Source: Eledone cirrhosa (taxonomy: Eukaryota). From it: a stretch of 64,000 nucleotides of DNA. The stretch spans positions 302,498,001 through 302,562,000 of the forward strand of contig OZ024740.1 in the NCBI GenBank assembly GCA_964016885.1. The letters are read 5' to 3'. Shown here piece after piece: positions 24,641-37,740 of this stretch (within the stretch, counting starts at the first letter, position 1; each line of letters starts with the position of its first letter). Position numbers and translations under genes: made by a program. The notes under the pieces are model-generated. The model ran no database searches. It was not told the origin of the DNA and saw nothing but the letters and a program-made list of their open reading frames with translations.

Positions 24641-27396
24641 AAATATATATATATCGCCTGATCAAGAAACATCAAATTTGACTGTGCTTAACTGAGTATG
24701 TTCTATTATTGGCTTAATATATTAGATAACAGGAAAATAATTGGGTGGTAAAAATGGTAAAGGATCATTAGAAATACATAAGTGTATCTAGTCAATTCTG
24801 CATTTAAATAGTGCTTTGATCTACATTGATAATATAAGCACTTATAACAACATGGCATTGAAACAAATTTAATGCTATTTACAACAATTCAACGTCCACG
24901 TATTAATGTGAAACATAAATACAATTGATGGAATTAATCTGGGCATTTAACAATGTTCTTAAAACCCATAGGTAGAGAACATGTTCTCTCTACTGAAAGA
25001 TTATCATTTAAATCGTGTTGGTATCCTTTCATTGCTAATGGAATCAGACACATATGTTAATCGTCTAAGAATAAATGTTGAAGGAATTTGTTTCTGCTCA
25101 TGACCCTTGCAAACCATCCAACTCAAATTCTATTGATTTGATTCAATTTCCTATTGAATAATATCGAGATGATGGCAGCTATTTTGAGCTGAGTGGAAAT
25201 GCAAGTGTGTTGACATTCTTAGGAAAGAAGGACTAGGTGTAACAATATCCTGGAAATATTTGTCAAAAGCAGAGAAGGCGAAGGTTACGAAGGAGTCAAG
25301 AGTGTCTGAGGTTAGTTGAAGAGTGAGGTCTAGGAAGCAGATGCAACTATAGAAGTGGTAATGAATGCAGAGAGAGAAGAGACAGCACATGTCGCAGGCC
25401 ATCGCCAGTTTTTATGGCATGGAATGGAGACTGCAATATATTTTTCGAACAGACCTTCTACCTGATGATCTTGCACTCACGTCCCTCTCACGAATAAGTG
25501 GGCCAAGAAGGAGAAGAATAAGAAGATTTACTAGTAAATTACCTCAAAATATAACCAAACCGGTTTCGACATCACTCACATGGAAAGGGGAAAAATTAAA
25601 TGGGAACATGAGATGTCTGGTGTAATTAATTTCATATTATGTAAGGTTTTCGGGTAAATATACATTTGTATAGATATTTGTTCATTATCTAGGGGACGCA
25701 CACTCTCACATTCAAACGCATGCACACAAATCGACACACACACAGACATATATATATATATAGATATTTATACCTATATATACCTATTTATACCCATATA
25801 TGTATATACGTATATGTATGTGTGTGTGCGTATTTGTGTGTGTGGTGTGTGTGTTAATGAGTGTGCGCGCTATTATAATATAATGTTATGTGTTTTATAC
25901 GATTTATTTTTGGTATTTTGTTCGTACTTAGGTATGTATATCTTCAGGTTTTAGTGTCGTAGATTCAACAAAATGGACCAAATCTTCAAATATATTATAT
26001 TTTCTCTGTGGTTGAGTTATTCACATATTGGATACAATCACAGAATAGTCGATTAAAACTATTTAATGCCGTTTTCAATACACTAGATATTGGTAGTAAG
26101 CTTCTTAAATCTAGTTTGTCTATATCCATATAACATTATGCTGTTTACTTAATACTGATGTTATTGCGCTGGGTTTACTTAGTAAATCTATGTACATACG
26201 AAACACTACTCCAGTGTCCCCTTAATCGTTATATGTCGCTGTGTTTTCCATTTGATATATCTTTGAACATATCTAGAACAATTTAGAATCTACTTAATTC
26301 TCATAAGATAACTGATATCAAAGAGTAGGATTAATAAGTGTTTATCCTAGTTTCAGGTAGTAGCTGGGATAGTAGATTAAATGACTCCAGTTTCTTCGTG
26401 GTTAATAATATAAAGCTTACTGGATGATAGTCCGTCTGGTTGTTATGTAAATGAGAGTAGAATCCAAGATTAACATGGGTTGGAATTATTATAACGAATA
26501 ATGAGGCACTGAAGATAGATTGATAAAAAAAATATTATTTCATTAGTTATTTGAGATAGTAGTCTATTTCTATTTATTTTATCTTATCTCCGTTTTTTAC
26601 AAATTCAAATTTTATTCACAGTTGTATAAGTAACATTAAACATTGTCACAATTCTTTCAGAATGAAAATATAAGCACAAATATAAACACAAAATAAACAT
26701 ATATAATGAATACAATTAATTATTGCTAGGAACTTCACAAATATAATGCATCAAAATATATGATCAGAAGGATAAAAAAGGGAAACAAAAAAATAAAAAA
26801 CGATCAATTCACCACCAAGTACGACAATTTGTCGCACATCTCAAGGGTCAACGGAAATGTTTTAGGCAAGCCGAACGCTCTCAGCTTAATCACGAGAGAA
26901 TGCTGGGCGATGGTGCTGAAACAACCGGACACCCTTACGAGTACCACCTGACACCTCAGAAAAGCGAGCCACCGATAAATTGTTTCAAAAGATTATCTAT
27001 TTTATGCCTATTTATCCCTTTACCCTGCTCTGTGAGAATGATAAAATAACTTCTTGTTATAGTTTCATCGAAGCTAATAAATATTTGAAATCACAACGAA
27101 GTTTGCCTGTGTTCCACAAAGAATAGCTTGGGTAGTTCAAGTATAATAGATGCCACTCTAATAATGCATTGTTAATCAATAATTTACTATTCGGACTAAC
27201 TTGTTTGTTCTTTCAACAGAGCGAATCAATCGCAGCATCAAACGGCAAAGTGAAAGAAATAAAAATAAATGCTTCCTAAATTACATTTATCGTTCTCCCA
27301 AGGTTTGCTTAAATTACATCAGGAAACTTATATTTCCATCAATGTATATGTAAGTGCGCATGGGGCTTGTTTTTGTATGTAATATAAAATACGCTA

Positions 27397-27556
27397 AGGC
27401 ATCGAATTGGCACAGTCATTAGAAGGTCTGAGAGAATGCTTTGCGGTATTTGTTTTGACACGCTGCTCTCTGAGTTCAAATCCCGCTGAGGTCAACTTTG
27501 CCTTTCATCCATTCCAAGTCGATAAGAAAAGTAGTAGCTTTGTACAGGGGTAGATT
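27397..27556 (+). mobile_element. Degenerate tRNA-derived SINE
   Basis: gaattggcac...tgagttcaaatcccgctgaggtcaactttgcctttcatcc...gtcgataag. Confidence 0.8.
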
Positions 27557-27980
27557 ATTTCTCTCTATATATTTCTTACTTCCAATCTCTCACTCTCTAT
27601 TCTTCTCCGGGACATATCTGTTGTATTCAGACATGGTGTGGGATGGGCTCCAGGTGTAAACGCTGTGTGTCAATATGACACCCTAATGACTCCCTCGGGT
27701 GTTAGAAGACCATGCACACATGCATAAAATACGCTATATATAGTATAAACACACACACGCACACAGACCTAGGCATACACACACACTGATTACAGACTTC
27801 TATGTATTATTTTCTGGGCTATGGTTCTGAAAGACGTGTTTCCGTCTGATTTCTGTCTAGTACGGTATGACTGGGAGCTTTGATTGTACCTGGTAAAATA
27901 AGTGGATAGCATGGGTTTGGTTTAGATTTGATTAAGTTCTATTGAAAGTATATGATAGTCATAAATATATGTATTGTGTA

Positions 27981-28018
<38 letters not shown>

Positions 28019-28064
28019 AGTGTTTTTAGAAAAAAAGTGTTTAAAAGTGTTTTAGAAAAGTACT

Positions 28065-28350
28065 TTTACTGTTTTTCACTGAGAAAATTATATTGGCATT
28101 TTCTACTTTTTTCCTAATATATATAGAGAGATATGTCAACATGAATGGACCTGTTATTTTTATCTTAAGACATTTTTACCAATTCCAACCACCCGTCCCT
28201 TCAATCTATCTTATTTCTCCTTCTTTCTTCTGATGAAGGACTAGCGTCCGAAACGTTAAGACCCTCTTCCTACTATTTCAACCGTTAACCTAATATATTC
28301 CTTCCATATATTGTACCAATTGTGTTGTTATTTCTGTTTATCTTTTACAC
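28065..28350 (+). mobile_element. PLE-like terminal repeat with HHR; left arm of an inverted pair with 31330-31625
   Basis: Reverse-complement similarity to 31330-31625 continues into the mirrored microsatellite tracts. Confidence 0.85.
28226..28261 (+). ncRNA. Minimal type I hammerhead ribozyme
   Basis: tctt-CTGATGA-a-ggac(tagc)gtcc-GAAA-cg-TT-aaga; palindromic stem III aacgtt. Confidence 0.8.
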
Positions 28351-28459
28351 ACACACACACACATACATACATATTTACCAATATATATATATATGTGTGT
28401 ATATATATATATATATACACACATATCTATATATAAAAACATACATACATATATATCTT

Positions 28460-28497
<38 letters not shown>

Positions 28498-28505
28498 AAG
28501 ATGTG

Positions 28506-28688
<183 letters not shown>

Positions 28689-28723
28689 GGGTGTGTATGA
28701 TTATGTATAGAAGATTATATTAA

Positions 28724-29090
28724 TAAAAGGAATTCCTACTTTGTCTGATTTACTCGTTTTATTTACAATCCTTTAAATATAATGATATTATAATGAAATA
28801 GTATGGTAGAATATTAAATGTTAAATGTTAATTGAACAAGTACTTTCATGCTTTCGCAATCTTCAGGTCATATTCGGTGGTGACAGTCAAGTTAGCAATT
28901 TTCAACTGTTGAAAATTGCTAACTTGACTGTCACTACTGAATATGACCTGAAGATTGCGAAAGCATGAAAGTACTTGTTCAATTAACATTTAACATTTAA
29001 TATTCTACCATACTATTTCATAATAATATCATTATATTTAAAGGATTGTAAATAAAACGAGTAAATCAGACAAAGTAGGAATTCCTTTTA
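28724..29090. repeat. Near-perfect 367-bp palindrome centred on T28907, one HHR per arm
   Basis: taaaaggaattcc...ttcaac-T-gttgaa...ggaattcctttta; HHR gac-CTGAAGA-t-tgc(gaaa)gca-t-GAAA-gtac-TT-gtt at 28945-28979, mirror at ~28835-28869. Confidence 0.95.
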
Positions 29091-31156
29091 GGGGGGGATA
29101 TACAGAGATGACGGGCTCTTATTAGTTAATAACTTGAATAACCAAAATCTTGAAAGGCTACGGAAAAATATTAGAAAATCTTTTAGTGAACTGGGTCTAA
29201 AAATAACATACGAATACAATCTTAAAGTAGTAAATTTTCTGGACGTAACTCTTAATTTAAATACCGGACTGATAGGACCCTTCCACAAGATAAATGAGAA
29301 CCTTACGTATATCATCTTTAACTCAATCCACCCACTCTCCATGATCAAATCGGTTCCCCGTAGTATTTCTCTTAGAATCTCTCGCCTATCGTCTGACTCT
29401 GAGATTTTTAATGAACACGCTGAATACTATAATAATGCGTTAAGGAATGCCGACCACCGGGATACAATAGAATACATTGATAAGAATCTCCATAACACAC
29501 ATAGCTCTACACGAAATCAAGGAATACGTAACCGGGGGACTAAAATACAAGCGCACACACACAGTACCACCAGACATACTAATAATAGAAAATCACCACC
29601 AAATAAATCACGTTGTAGAAAGTATATCTGGTATAATCCTATTTTTAATGCCCCGATTAGTACAAAAATATCTCTTTCATTATTTAAGTTAATCAACAAG
29701 CATTTCCCTAGTTCCCATAAATACAGTAAAATTCTGAACTCTAAAACTATTAGACTATCATACTCCACGGCACCATACCTTGAAGCATACATAAAAAACT
29801 TAACTTAAAGCAATTAAACAACACTGCAAAACAAAATATTTTGGTAACAGATGGGCAGAACGTAATATCTGCCTCCCAACCAATAAATGGGAGACGGGTA
29901 TTACACAACCCACCTGTACTGCTATCACAACCTATCCATGGTATACCTGCTACCCACAACAAAAAAATGTAACTGCCATCTACCTAAAGTCCAACGTTGT
30001 TTACCAATGCACGGTTGAATCGAACGACCAGAAATGGTATTACATCGCATCTACCACCACCTCGTTTAAATCTCGCTGGTACCGTCATCGATTCTCAATC
30101 AAACATCCTGATCACCGTTTTGTGACCACGCTCGCCAACAAGACCTGGCAACTCCGTGAACGCAACCAACAGTTCACCTTAAAATGGGATATACTTTCCA
30201 GCGCAAGTGCATATCGGAGTGGATTGAAGTACTGTAGGTTATGTAACCGTGAACTCTTTTACATATTAAAATCCAAAAATAAACTACTTAACGATAGAAT
30301 CGAACGATCATTACACTGCAACCACAAACTAAAAGCTAAATTCTCTCACTATAAAATAACTTAACATTCAAACCCGTAACTATAACATCGCTTTCTAGCT
30401 AACCACCTTCTCTTCCCCCACACTTCAAGACAATACCCTGCTTATCACTATAAATGGTAACTCAGTGCAATTCGCAGATTACTACTACGAACCCAAAGTT
30501 CACCCACCCCATAGACTTCGTCTGTCCCCTCTCTATCTCTCCCTCTATATCCATTCCACTCTCTCTCTCACCTTTGGCCTACCTCCCTCCCTCTCCACAT
30601 CTATGAACCTGCCCTCTGGGGCATTAAATAATTCCAACCTTGACTATCAACGCATCTCTCTAAAAGTAACCAGTATAATAAAACCCCTACCATAACATTT
30701 TGATTAAGATATCTACAAACCACTCTCTCTTATTTCTCCAACCCCTGCATATCTTTCTCTCTCTCTCCCTCTCCTCTACTTTTCTCTCTTCCTTTTCTAC
30801 TCTATCTTCTCCAATAACCTCACTTAAGGGTATTTACATTGTACATTTTAACCATTCTGCTCTGATGATACAGTGGTCACAGCATTTGATATTTGAGTTC
30901 TGCAAATAGTTGTAAATTTGCACATAGCATAACTAGGCTGTATTACCACCGTGAAAACAGTTGTAAGCACACGGGATAAATTACCTTTTTATGATGTCTA
31001 CCTGTTATTATTCATTCTTTATCTACACTCCGGAATACAGAAGGATCAGGAACTAAGTTTCCTCAACAATTCTTCCATAACTCGTTGAGTAACCTCTCAC
31101 CGTACGTCAACCATATCCAGTGTAGTAATTAACCATTACTACATCTAGGATAATCC
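29091..31156 (+). mobile_element. 5'-truncated Penelope-like element (YRDD-type RT C-terminus, GIY-YIG endonuclease, 3'UTR)
   Basis: Begins GGIYRDDGL; NFLDVTLNL, IWYNP, IRLSYS; ~29995 VVYQC..YYIAST..FKSRW..H; CRLCNRE..LLNDR.E..CNH to stop 30364; frameshifted. Confidence 0.9.
30858..30969 (+). ncRNA. Hammerhead-like motif with greatly extended stem II in PLE 3'UTR
   Basis: tgct-CTGATGA-t-acagtggt...accaccgt-GAAA-acagttg-TA-agca; internal helices acagc/gctgt and tgcaaat/atttgca; one extra A after GAAA. Confidence 0.6.
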
Positions 31157-31181
31157 TATATATATATATATATGTACATAT

Positions 31182-31227
<46 letters not shown>

Positions 31228-31329
31228 ACATATATATGTATGTATGTTTATATATATATATACATATGTATCTATATATTGGTAAATATATATATATGTG
31301 TGTGTGTGCGTGTGTGTGAGTGTGTATGT

Positions 31330-31790
31330 GTGTGTAAAAGGTAAACAGAAATAACAACACAACCGGTACAATATATGGAAGGAATATATTAGGTTAACGG
31401 TTGAAATAGCAGGAAGAGGGTCTTAACGTTTCGGACGCTAGTCCTTCATAAGAAGAAAGAATAAGAATTAAGATAGATTGAAGGGACGGGCTAGTTGGAA
31501 TTGGAAAAAATGTCTTAAGATAAAAATAACAGGCCCATTCATGTTAACATATCTATATATATATTAGGATAATAAGAAAAAAGTAGAAAATGCCAAAAGA
31601 ATTTTCTCAGGGAAAAACAGAAAAAGTGTTTTTTTAAACACTTTTTACTACCGGTTTCAGTCGATAAAACTTTGACTTCTTCATGCTACAGGAAATATGA
31701 TGAACAGTATATAATAAGGTTAAGGGGTATATCAATTAGGAGCAGATATTAGAGAACATAGTTTTTCATATATATAAAAATTCACAATTT
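31330..31790 (-). mobile_element. PLE-like terminal repeat, right arm; mutated HHR at 31421-31456 and a second HHR-like motif at ~31647-31688
   Basis: Inverted copy of 28065-28350; minus strand aTGAAGA-agtc...gact-GAAA-ccgg-TA. Confidence 0.75.
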
Positions 31791-31883
31791 CGTTTCTCTC
31801 TCTCTCTCTCTCTCTCTCTCTTGGTGGTGTGGTGGTAGTAGCAGTTAAAATAGTAGTTGAGTTGTGCCATGTTACTGCTTGAC

Positions 31884-31928
<45 letters not shown>

Positions 31929-32007
31929 GTAGCTGTTGGTATGCAGTATGTACGTGTGTGCATCTTTATATCTATCTGTTCCTCTCTCCCTCTCTCTCAC
32001 TCTCTCA

Positions 32008-32109
<102 letters not shown>

Positions 32110-32957
32110 GTGTGTGTGTGTAAAAATAATATTCATGTATGATGTAATATATTTAGTTATGAATTTTTATTTTTTTGCTCACCAAGCACAACGTTTTGTT
32201 CAGTGTTAATTTGACGTTGTTTTGTATTTGAACCACAGAAGAGTTTTGCCGCAGTATGATTGTCAAAATATAAGATTGTTTATAATGGTTTAAATATGGA
32301 ACTACGCTTATTCGTTTATTTCTATTTTTGTTTTAGATATTGTGATAGGAAAAACAACCCGATGTCTGAAACATATAACGCTACTAGGCTAGTTTAACAA
32401 TGTACCCGACTTCACGTTGTAACAATAAATTCAAGATTTTATATATTGCTACCACATATTGAATATTGATTATTTACATACGAACAATGATACCAAATTA
32501 TCTTGGAGAGGAAAACGGACTTAAAAGCAATCATATATTTCTCTGGGGTATTGTTGACCTAATTTTAGATAAATTACTAAATTTCATATTACTTTCATCA
32601 CACGTAAAACATTTTCCCCAATGGATCATCATTTCCCTTAAATCACTTAAATGTGCATTTATTAATGATATTGGTTTCACTCAGTTCATTCTCTCTCCCC
32701 CTCTCATTCAAGAAAACTACGCCCATCGATATATTTCTATGTATATTACGAGTCATCAATTTTTTGTCTAGATTTCTTTTCACACAGTATAACGTTTCTC
32801 CGTTTTAAAGAAAAGGGTGTATAAGAAGCTATGACGGTCATTCTTATCCTAAGTACACTTGTGAGAGAGAGAAAATGAAATAGTAGCAATCGGGAATTGA
32901 AAATTGAAACCATGTGACGGACTTGCCAGGATATTAAAACATATTGTGTGTGTGTGT

Positions 32958-33018
<61 letters not shown>

Positions 33019-33019
33019 G

Positions 33020-33246
33020 AGGTTATATATAATTTGTTGGGATACAACAAGCTAGATATTTTTATATCCAGGAGATTCCAACCAGAATGGTTGCATTTGT
33101 TAAGGGTATGTCAATATTTATTTATAAAACTAACCTATATTATATTTTATCTGATGAAAGCGCACCATAGTTTGCTCTAGTGGCCCTTGAAATATGTATA
33201 ATGAAATAAATATGGTTTTATAAATATAGTTTCCATTTGTTATTAT

Positions 33247-33250
<4 letters not shown>
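33020..33250 (+). mobile_element. PLE-like terminal fragment ('family C') with HHR at 33143-33208
   Basis: tattttat-CTGATGA-..cac..gtg..-GAAA-tatgta-TA-atgaaata; homologous to 52985-53460; lies between (GT)n and (TA)n. Confidence 0.7.
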
Positions 33251-33285
<35 letters not shown>

Positions 33286-33619
33286 ATTAGGTATTAAATT
33301 AACAACGAAATTAAAAACAAGTCAAGTTAATTTACCTACCCATATCATTGTTTTATGATCGTTTCGGAGGGGCGATCATATTGACATAGTGTTTGATCTA
33401 TAGCAGTTATATAACCATACTATCAGACCGTCTATATATAAATAAATAGAGAGAGTGAGATGGAAAATCCCGACAGCGCCGCCACTGTACTGGGAGACTC
33501 TCTCTCGCTCTTTATACATATACTTTTGCACACCCACACACTCACACATTCACACACACACACACAATATGTTTTAATATCCTGGCAAGTCCGTCACATG
33601 GTTTCAAGCTGAAAGGTTA

Positions 33620-36600
33620 TTGAAAGACACTGTTTTCTGTTATATAAAAACTACAATAACAACAGAACAAATCCGCTTCTTAAAACACTGTGTTTCCTCC
33701 AAAACATACACAACAAACATATCAAAACAAGTAAATAATTTATTATTGAACAAAACACAAGCTGAACGGCTAAAACACACAATAACAGTTAATATGAAAA
33801 GAACAACATACACAAAAGTCAACGCACTCTACAGACAAAAACGCATCAACGGTAAGGAAATCCGAAATCTCATCACAGCAAACGAGAGAGATGACTTCAT
33901 GAGCGTCATCCGACGCGAAACGAAATATGCTCAAAACGAATGCTGTAGGCATTTCAAGAAGAAATTAGAATGGATGAATAAGAAAAAACTACAAGAAAGG
34001 AAAATCGAATATTCTCAAAAATACCCAGATAACATCGACAACATCCGTATGAGTGATGTAAAACTACCGGAAGAATTTACCAATGACCACACAGTAAATA
34101 TCTATGGGAACACTTTAATCAGTGAACAAGAACAACAAATCCTAAAGTTACCACCAAAATTTGCCATCTACAAAAAGATTAACCCTATGGAATGCAAAAC
34201 GGAGCTGGAAAAGTGTTTCACAAAAATACGTTGGAATGCAAAGGTAAACAACAACAACAATAATAACGGTAGTAGTAATATAAACAATAACTCTGGGTAT
34301 AGAAATAACAGCCATAACCATAACAATGGCAGGAAAGTGAGAAATAGTGATAATAGTAATAATACTAGCGATAGACAGAACAACAACAACCACAATAATA
34401 ATAATAATAGAAACGTTAACCACAGACACAGCAACAGTGACCACAGTAGTAATAACGGTAACAATACGAACAACAACAACAACAATAACCACAGTGGTAA
34501 TAATGGAAATAGTACATGTAGCAACATCAACAAAAACAAGAAACATAATAATAGTAACAACCACAATGGTAGAAATAGCAGTAACAACAACAACAATAAC
34601 GGTGAAGTAAACAACAATACATCTAGCAATCATAACAATAATAATATTAATGCTAATGATAGAAACAACAACAACCACCATGATAACAATAATAGCAACA
34701 CACACAACTATGACGATAGAAATAACGACAACCCCTTAGAGAAACTATTTTTCAACCCAGCTGACAAAACATATAAGATGGGTAATATCTATCCTACGAG
34801 GTTACCCTTTAATAAAAGAGTTTGCATACCACAGCAAATAGATGACGAGACGGAGGCACAGTTCACCATAGCTAGAAATAAGATTAGACAAGTAGTAGAC
34901 AGGTACACTATGAGACAGAGCAGACCAGAGGCCCAACAACTTGGGATAAAACCTGTAGAAGGCTTGGTTAGCCTCAAGCAGCGCACAAGGGATGGTGAGG
35001 TAGTGTGTCTACCCACAGATAAGTCTGGTAGGATGTCAATAGATAGCATGCCGAACTACATCGAGGCAATGCAACCCCACATCACCAACACGAGCGAAGT
35101 TGCACAACTAACACACGATGGGAGAGAAAAAATCCTCAACGCTCACATGATGATGTGGACTGACATCCTAAAGCCAAGCAGACGCACTGCCAACAACTTC
35201 CAGGCGTCTAACAATGGCATACCACCCTTGTATGGGCTCCGCAAAGACCACAAGACAGTCGACGACCCGACAACAGGACCACCAACAAGACCCGTATGCG
35301 GAGCTAATATAGCTAGCAACTACAGGATCTCCTACTTCCTCTCAATGGTTATACGCCCCATAATCAAGATGTCCCCAGATGTATGTGAAAGTACAGAGGA
35401 CCTCCTCAGCGGAATCAGTGAGTGCAACAAAAACAGGAGCCTATCCAACTGCATAATAGGCAGCATGGATGTGGTGTCACTGTACCCATCCATTAACATT
35501 GATTTTGCTGTGAAAAGATGTGTGGAGATGATCATTGAGAGTGAGGTGGAGTTCTGCGACGTCGACACAGACGAACTGGGCCTCCTACTTAGACTTACCT
35601 ACGACACTGACTACCTAGACAGCCATGACCTTAGATGTTTCTGCCCTAGTAGACCTATAAGAGGTAGACCCCCCACCATAACCTCAATGGCTAAAAAGAC
35701 TCCCATAGGAAGGTGGATTGGGTGGACCAAAGCTATACGGACCCCCCAAAACACTGATCAGGTAAGAAAAATGGTCGCACATGCAATAGGGCTAGTATCA
35801 AAACTACCCTAAAGGGCCACATATTTAAGTTCAATGAGAAAATCTACACCCAAAATGAGGGAGCAGCCATCGGCGTCAGCATAGCTGGTGATGTTGCCAA
35901 CCTTTTCATGGTATGGTGGGAAAGGAGACTTAAAGATCTCCTTAATGAAAGCTCCATAGACCTCATCATGTACTCTCGTTATGTAGACGATATCAATATA
36001 GTTATAAGAACACCCCCACTAGAGAGCACTAACAAGTTTGATTTAGAACGTAGCACGATGGAAAGCATCCAGCAGATAGCTAATTCCATACACCAGAGTA
36101 TAACTGTAACTATAGACTTCCCTTCCAAACACCCTAACAATAGACTACCTGTATTAGACACAGAACTCTGGATTAACACTATAGACGAGAGAGCCCAAAT
36201 TCTCCACTCACACTATGCTAAACCCATGGCCTCCAAATACCTGATACTCAAAAACTCAGCAATGTCCAGTAGTGCTAAGTTTAATATTCTGATCGCAGAT
36301 TTGGTACGAGTGATGAAGAATGTGTCCAGCATGTGCGACCCAACAGAAATGGAAGGACACATCCAACACTTCATCAACCGCATGCAGTTCTCTGGCTACA
36401 ACCAAAGAGACAGAGTCAGAGTATACGAAGGAGCCATGGAAAAGTATAAGACCCTCATAGAACTGGACATGAAAGGAATTTGCCCACTATACAGGAGCAA
36501 ATCATGGAATAGCTTAGATAGGGCTAGACATAAGATAGGGAAGGCCACATCATGGTACGACAACCAGAGATATCAGAGTGTCATGTTTGTGGACGCCACC

Positions 36601-37137
36601 CCTGGAGGGAAATTAGCTAACCAGTGTAGAAAGGCCCTGAGAAAGACCCACTTAAAAATAAAGGTGGTAGAAAAGCCAGGAACCACCATAAAATCCCTGA
36701 TCAGCAAAACCTACCCTTTTAAGAAAACCCACTGTACCAATAGGAAATGTATCATATGTAAGGTGAACCCCCGGATAAACTGTAAAACTAGAAACGTAGT
36801 CTATAGCATAAGATGTACAGAGGGTACTTGCAGAAACACGACAACAACATACATAGGTGAGACAGCTCGTAGCATAGGTGAAAGGATAGACCAACACTGG
36901 GGGGAACTAAAAGGACGAAAAAACGGGTCAGTACTATACGAACATGCTAGACAACAACATGACGGTAACATAGACAACATAGAAATTAGAATAATATCTA
37001 AACATAGGAATGACCCAGCAGATAGGCAAATCAGAGAGGCCAGTGAAATAGAAATTAGAAGACCAAAGCTAAACAGAAAGAATGAGTGGAACAACAACAA
37101 CACCCAAACAAACAACACTGATCTAAGAGAAGTATAA
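33620..37137 (+). pseudogene. PLE polyprotein: reverse transcriptase + GIY-YIG endonuclease, frameshift at ~35797
   Basis: TDKSG, YGLRKDHK, RPVC, SMDVVSLYPSI (motif A); after the shift IKTTLKGHIFKFNEKIYTQNEGAAIG (B'), RYVDD (C), LPVLD, YAKPMAS; CxxxxCxxC, NVVYSIRC..YIGET.R..ER..H, REASEI..P.LN. Confidence 0.93.
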
Positions 37138-37414
37138 ATAAATAAGTAAATTAAATTAAATAAATAAAATAAGATAAATAAATACATACACAAGCACATA
37201 AACACACACTAGTCACCCAGCAGACACAACACTATACACACTATACACACTAGTCACACATCACACATAACACACGCAAACGCATGCGCAAAGAAGACAA
37301 AATAAAATAAGATAAACAAACAAGCAAATAAATAAATAAATATATAGACAGACTGAACAAAAAAAAAAAAAAATGGCGTAGACATACAACACAACAGGAG
37401 GAACAATGAATATA

Positions 37415-37460
37415 ACACCACTGACGATGTTGCAGATGTGCAACGAAAGATTTATGTAAA
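37415..37460 (+). ncRNA. Hammerhead ribozyme core in PLE 3'UTR
   Basis: CTGACGA-t-gttgca(gatg)tgcaac-GAAA-gattt; stem I imperfect. Confidence 0.65.
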
Positions 37461-37670
37461 TTATGTAAACTATATATATATGTGTTTGTCTATATTGTAT
37501 CTGTATTATTTTTGACCGCCGGTCAGTCAATGGCAACATTGAGGACCGAGTAAGTTAGATCGCAGATATATATATATAAAAGACAGCGAGAAGCGAAAAC
37601 CAACCAAACAGTGAGTGTGTTCTGTTATTAATTCTGGCAATATTACGCAAATATGACCCTCCCCAAATAT

Positions 37671-37738
<68 letters not shown>

Positions 37739-37740
<2 letters not shown>

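Larger units (their letters stand above)
33565..37677 (+). mobile_element. Near full-length Penelope-like retroelement (RT + C-terminal GIY-YIG), one internal frameshift
   Basis: Long ORF pair, 3'UTR with HHR, ends in (TA)n; 5' segment has an inverted copy at 32904-32955. Confidence 0.93.

Noticed and set aside
34148-34705. Hydrophobic multi-TM-looking ORFs on the minus strand (also at 12356, 16180, 17420)
   Set aside because: Antisense readings of A/C-rich low-complexity retroelement sequence
35790-35815. Programmed ribosomal frameshift in the PLE ORF
   Set aside because: No X XXY YYZ slippery heptamer, and PLEs have a single ORF; a 1-bp deletion or sequencing error is simpler
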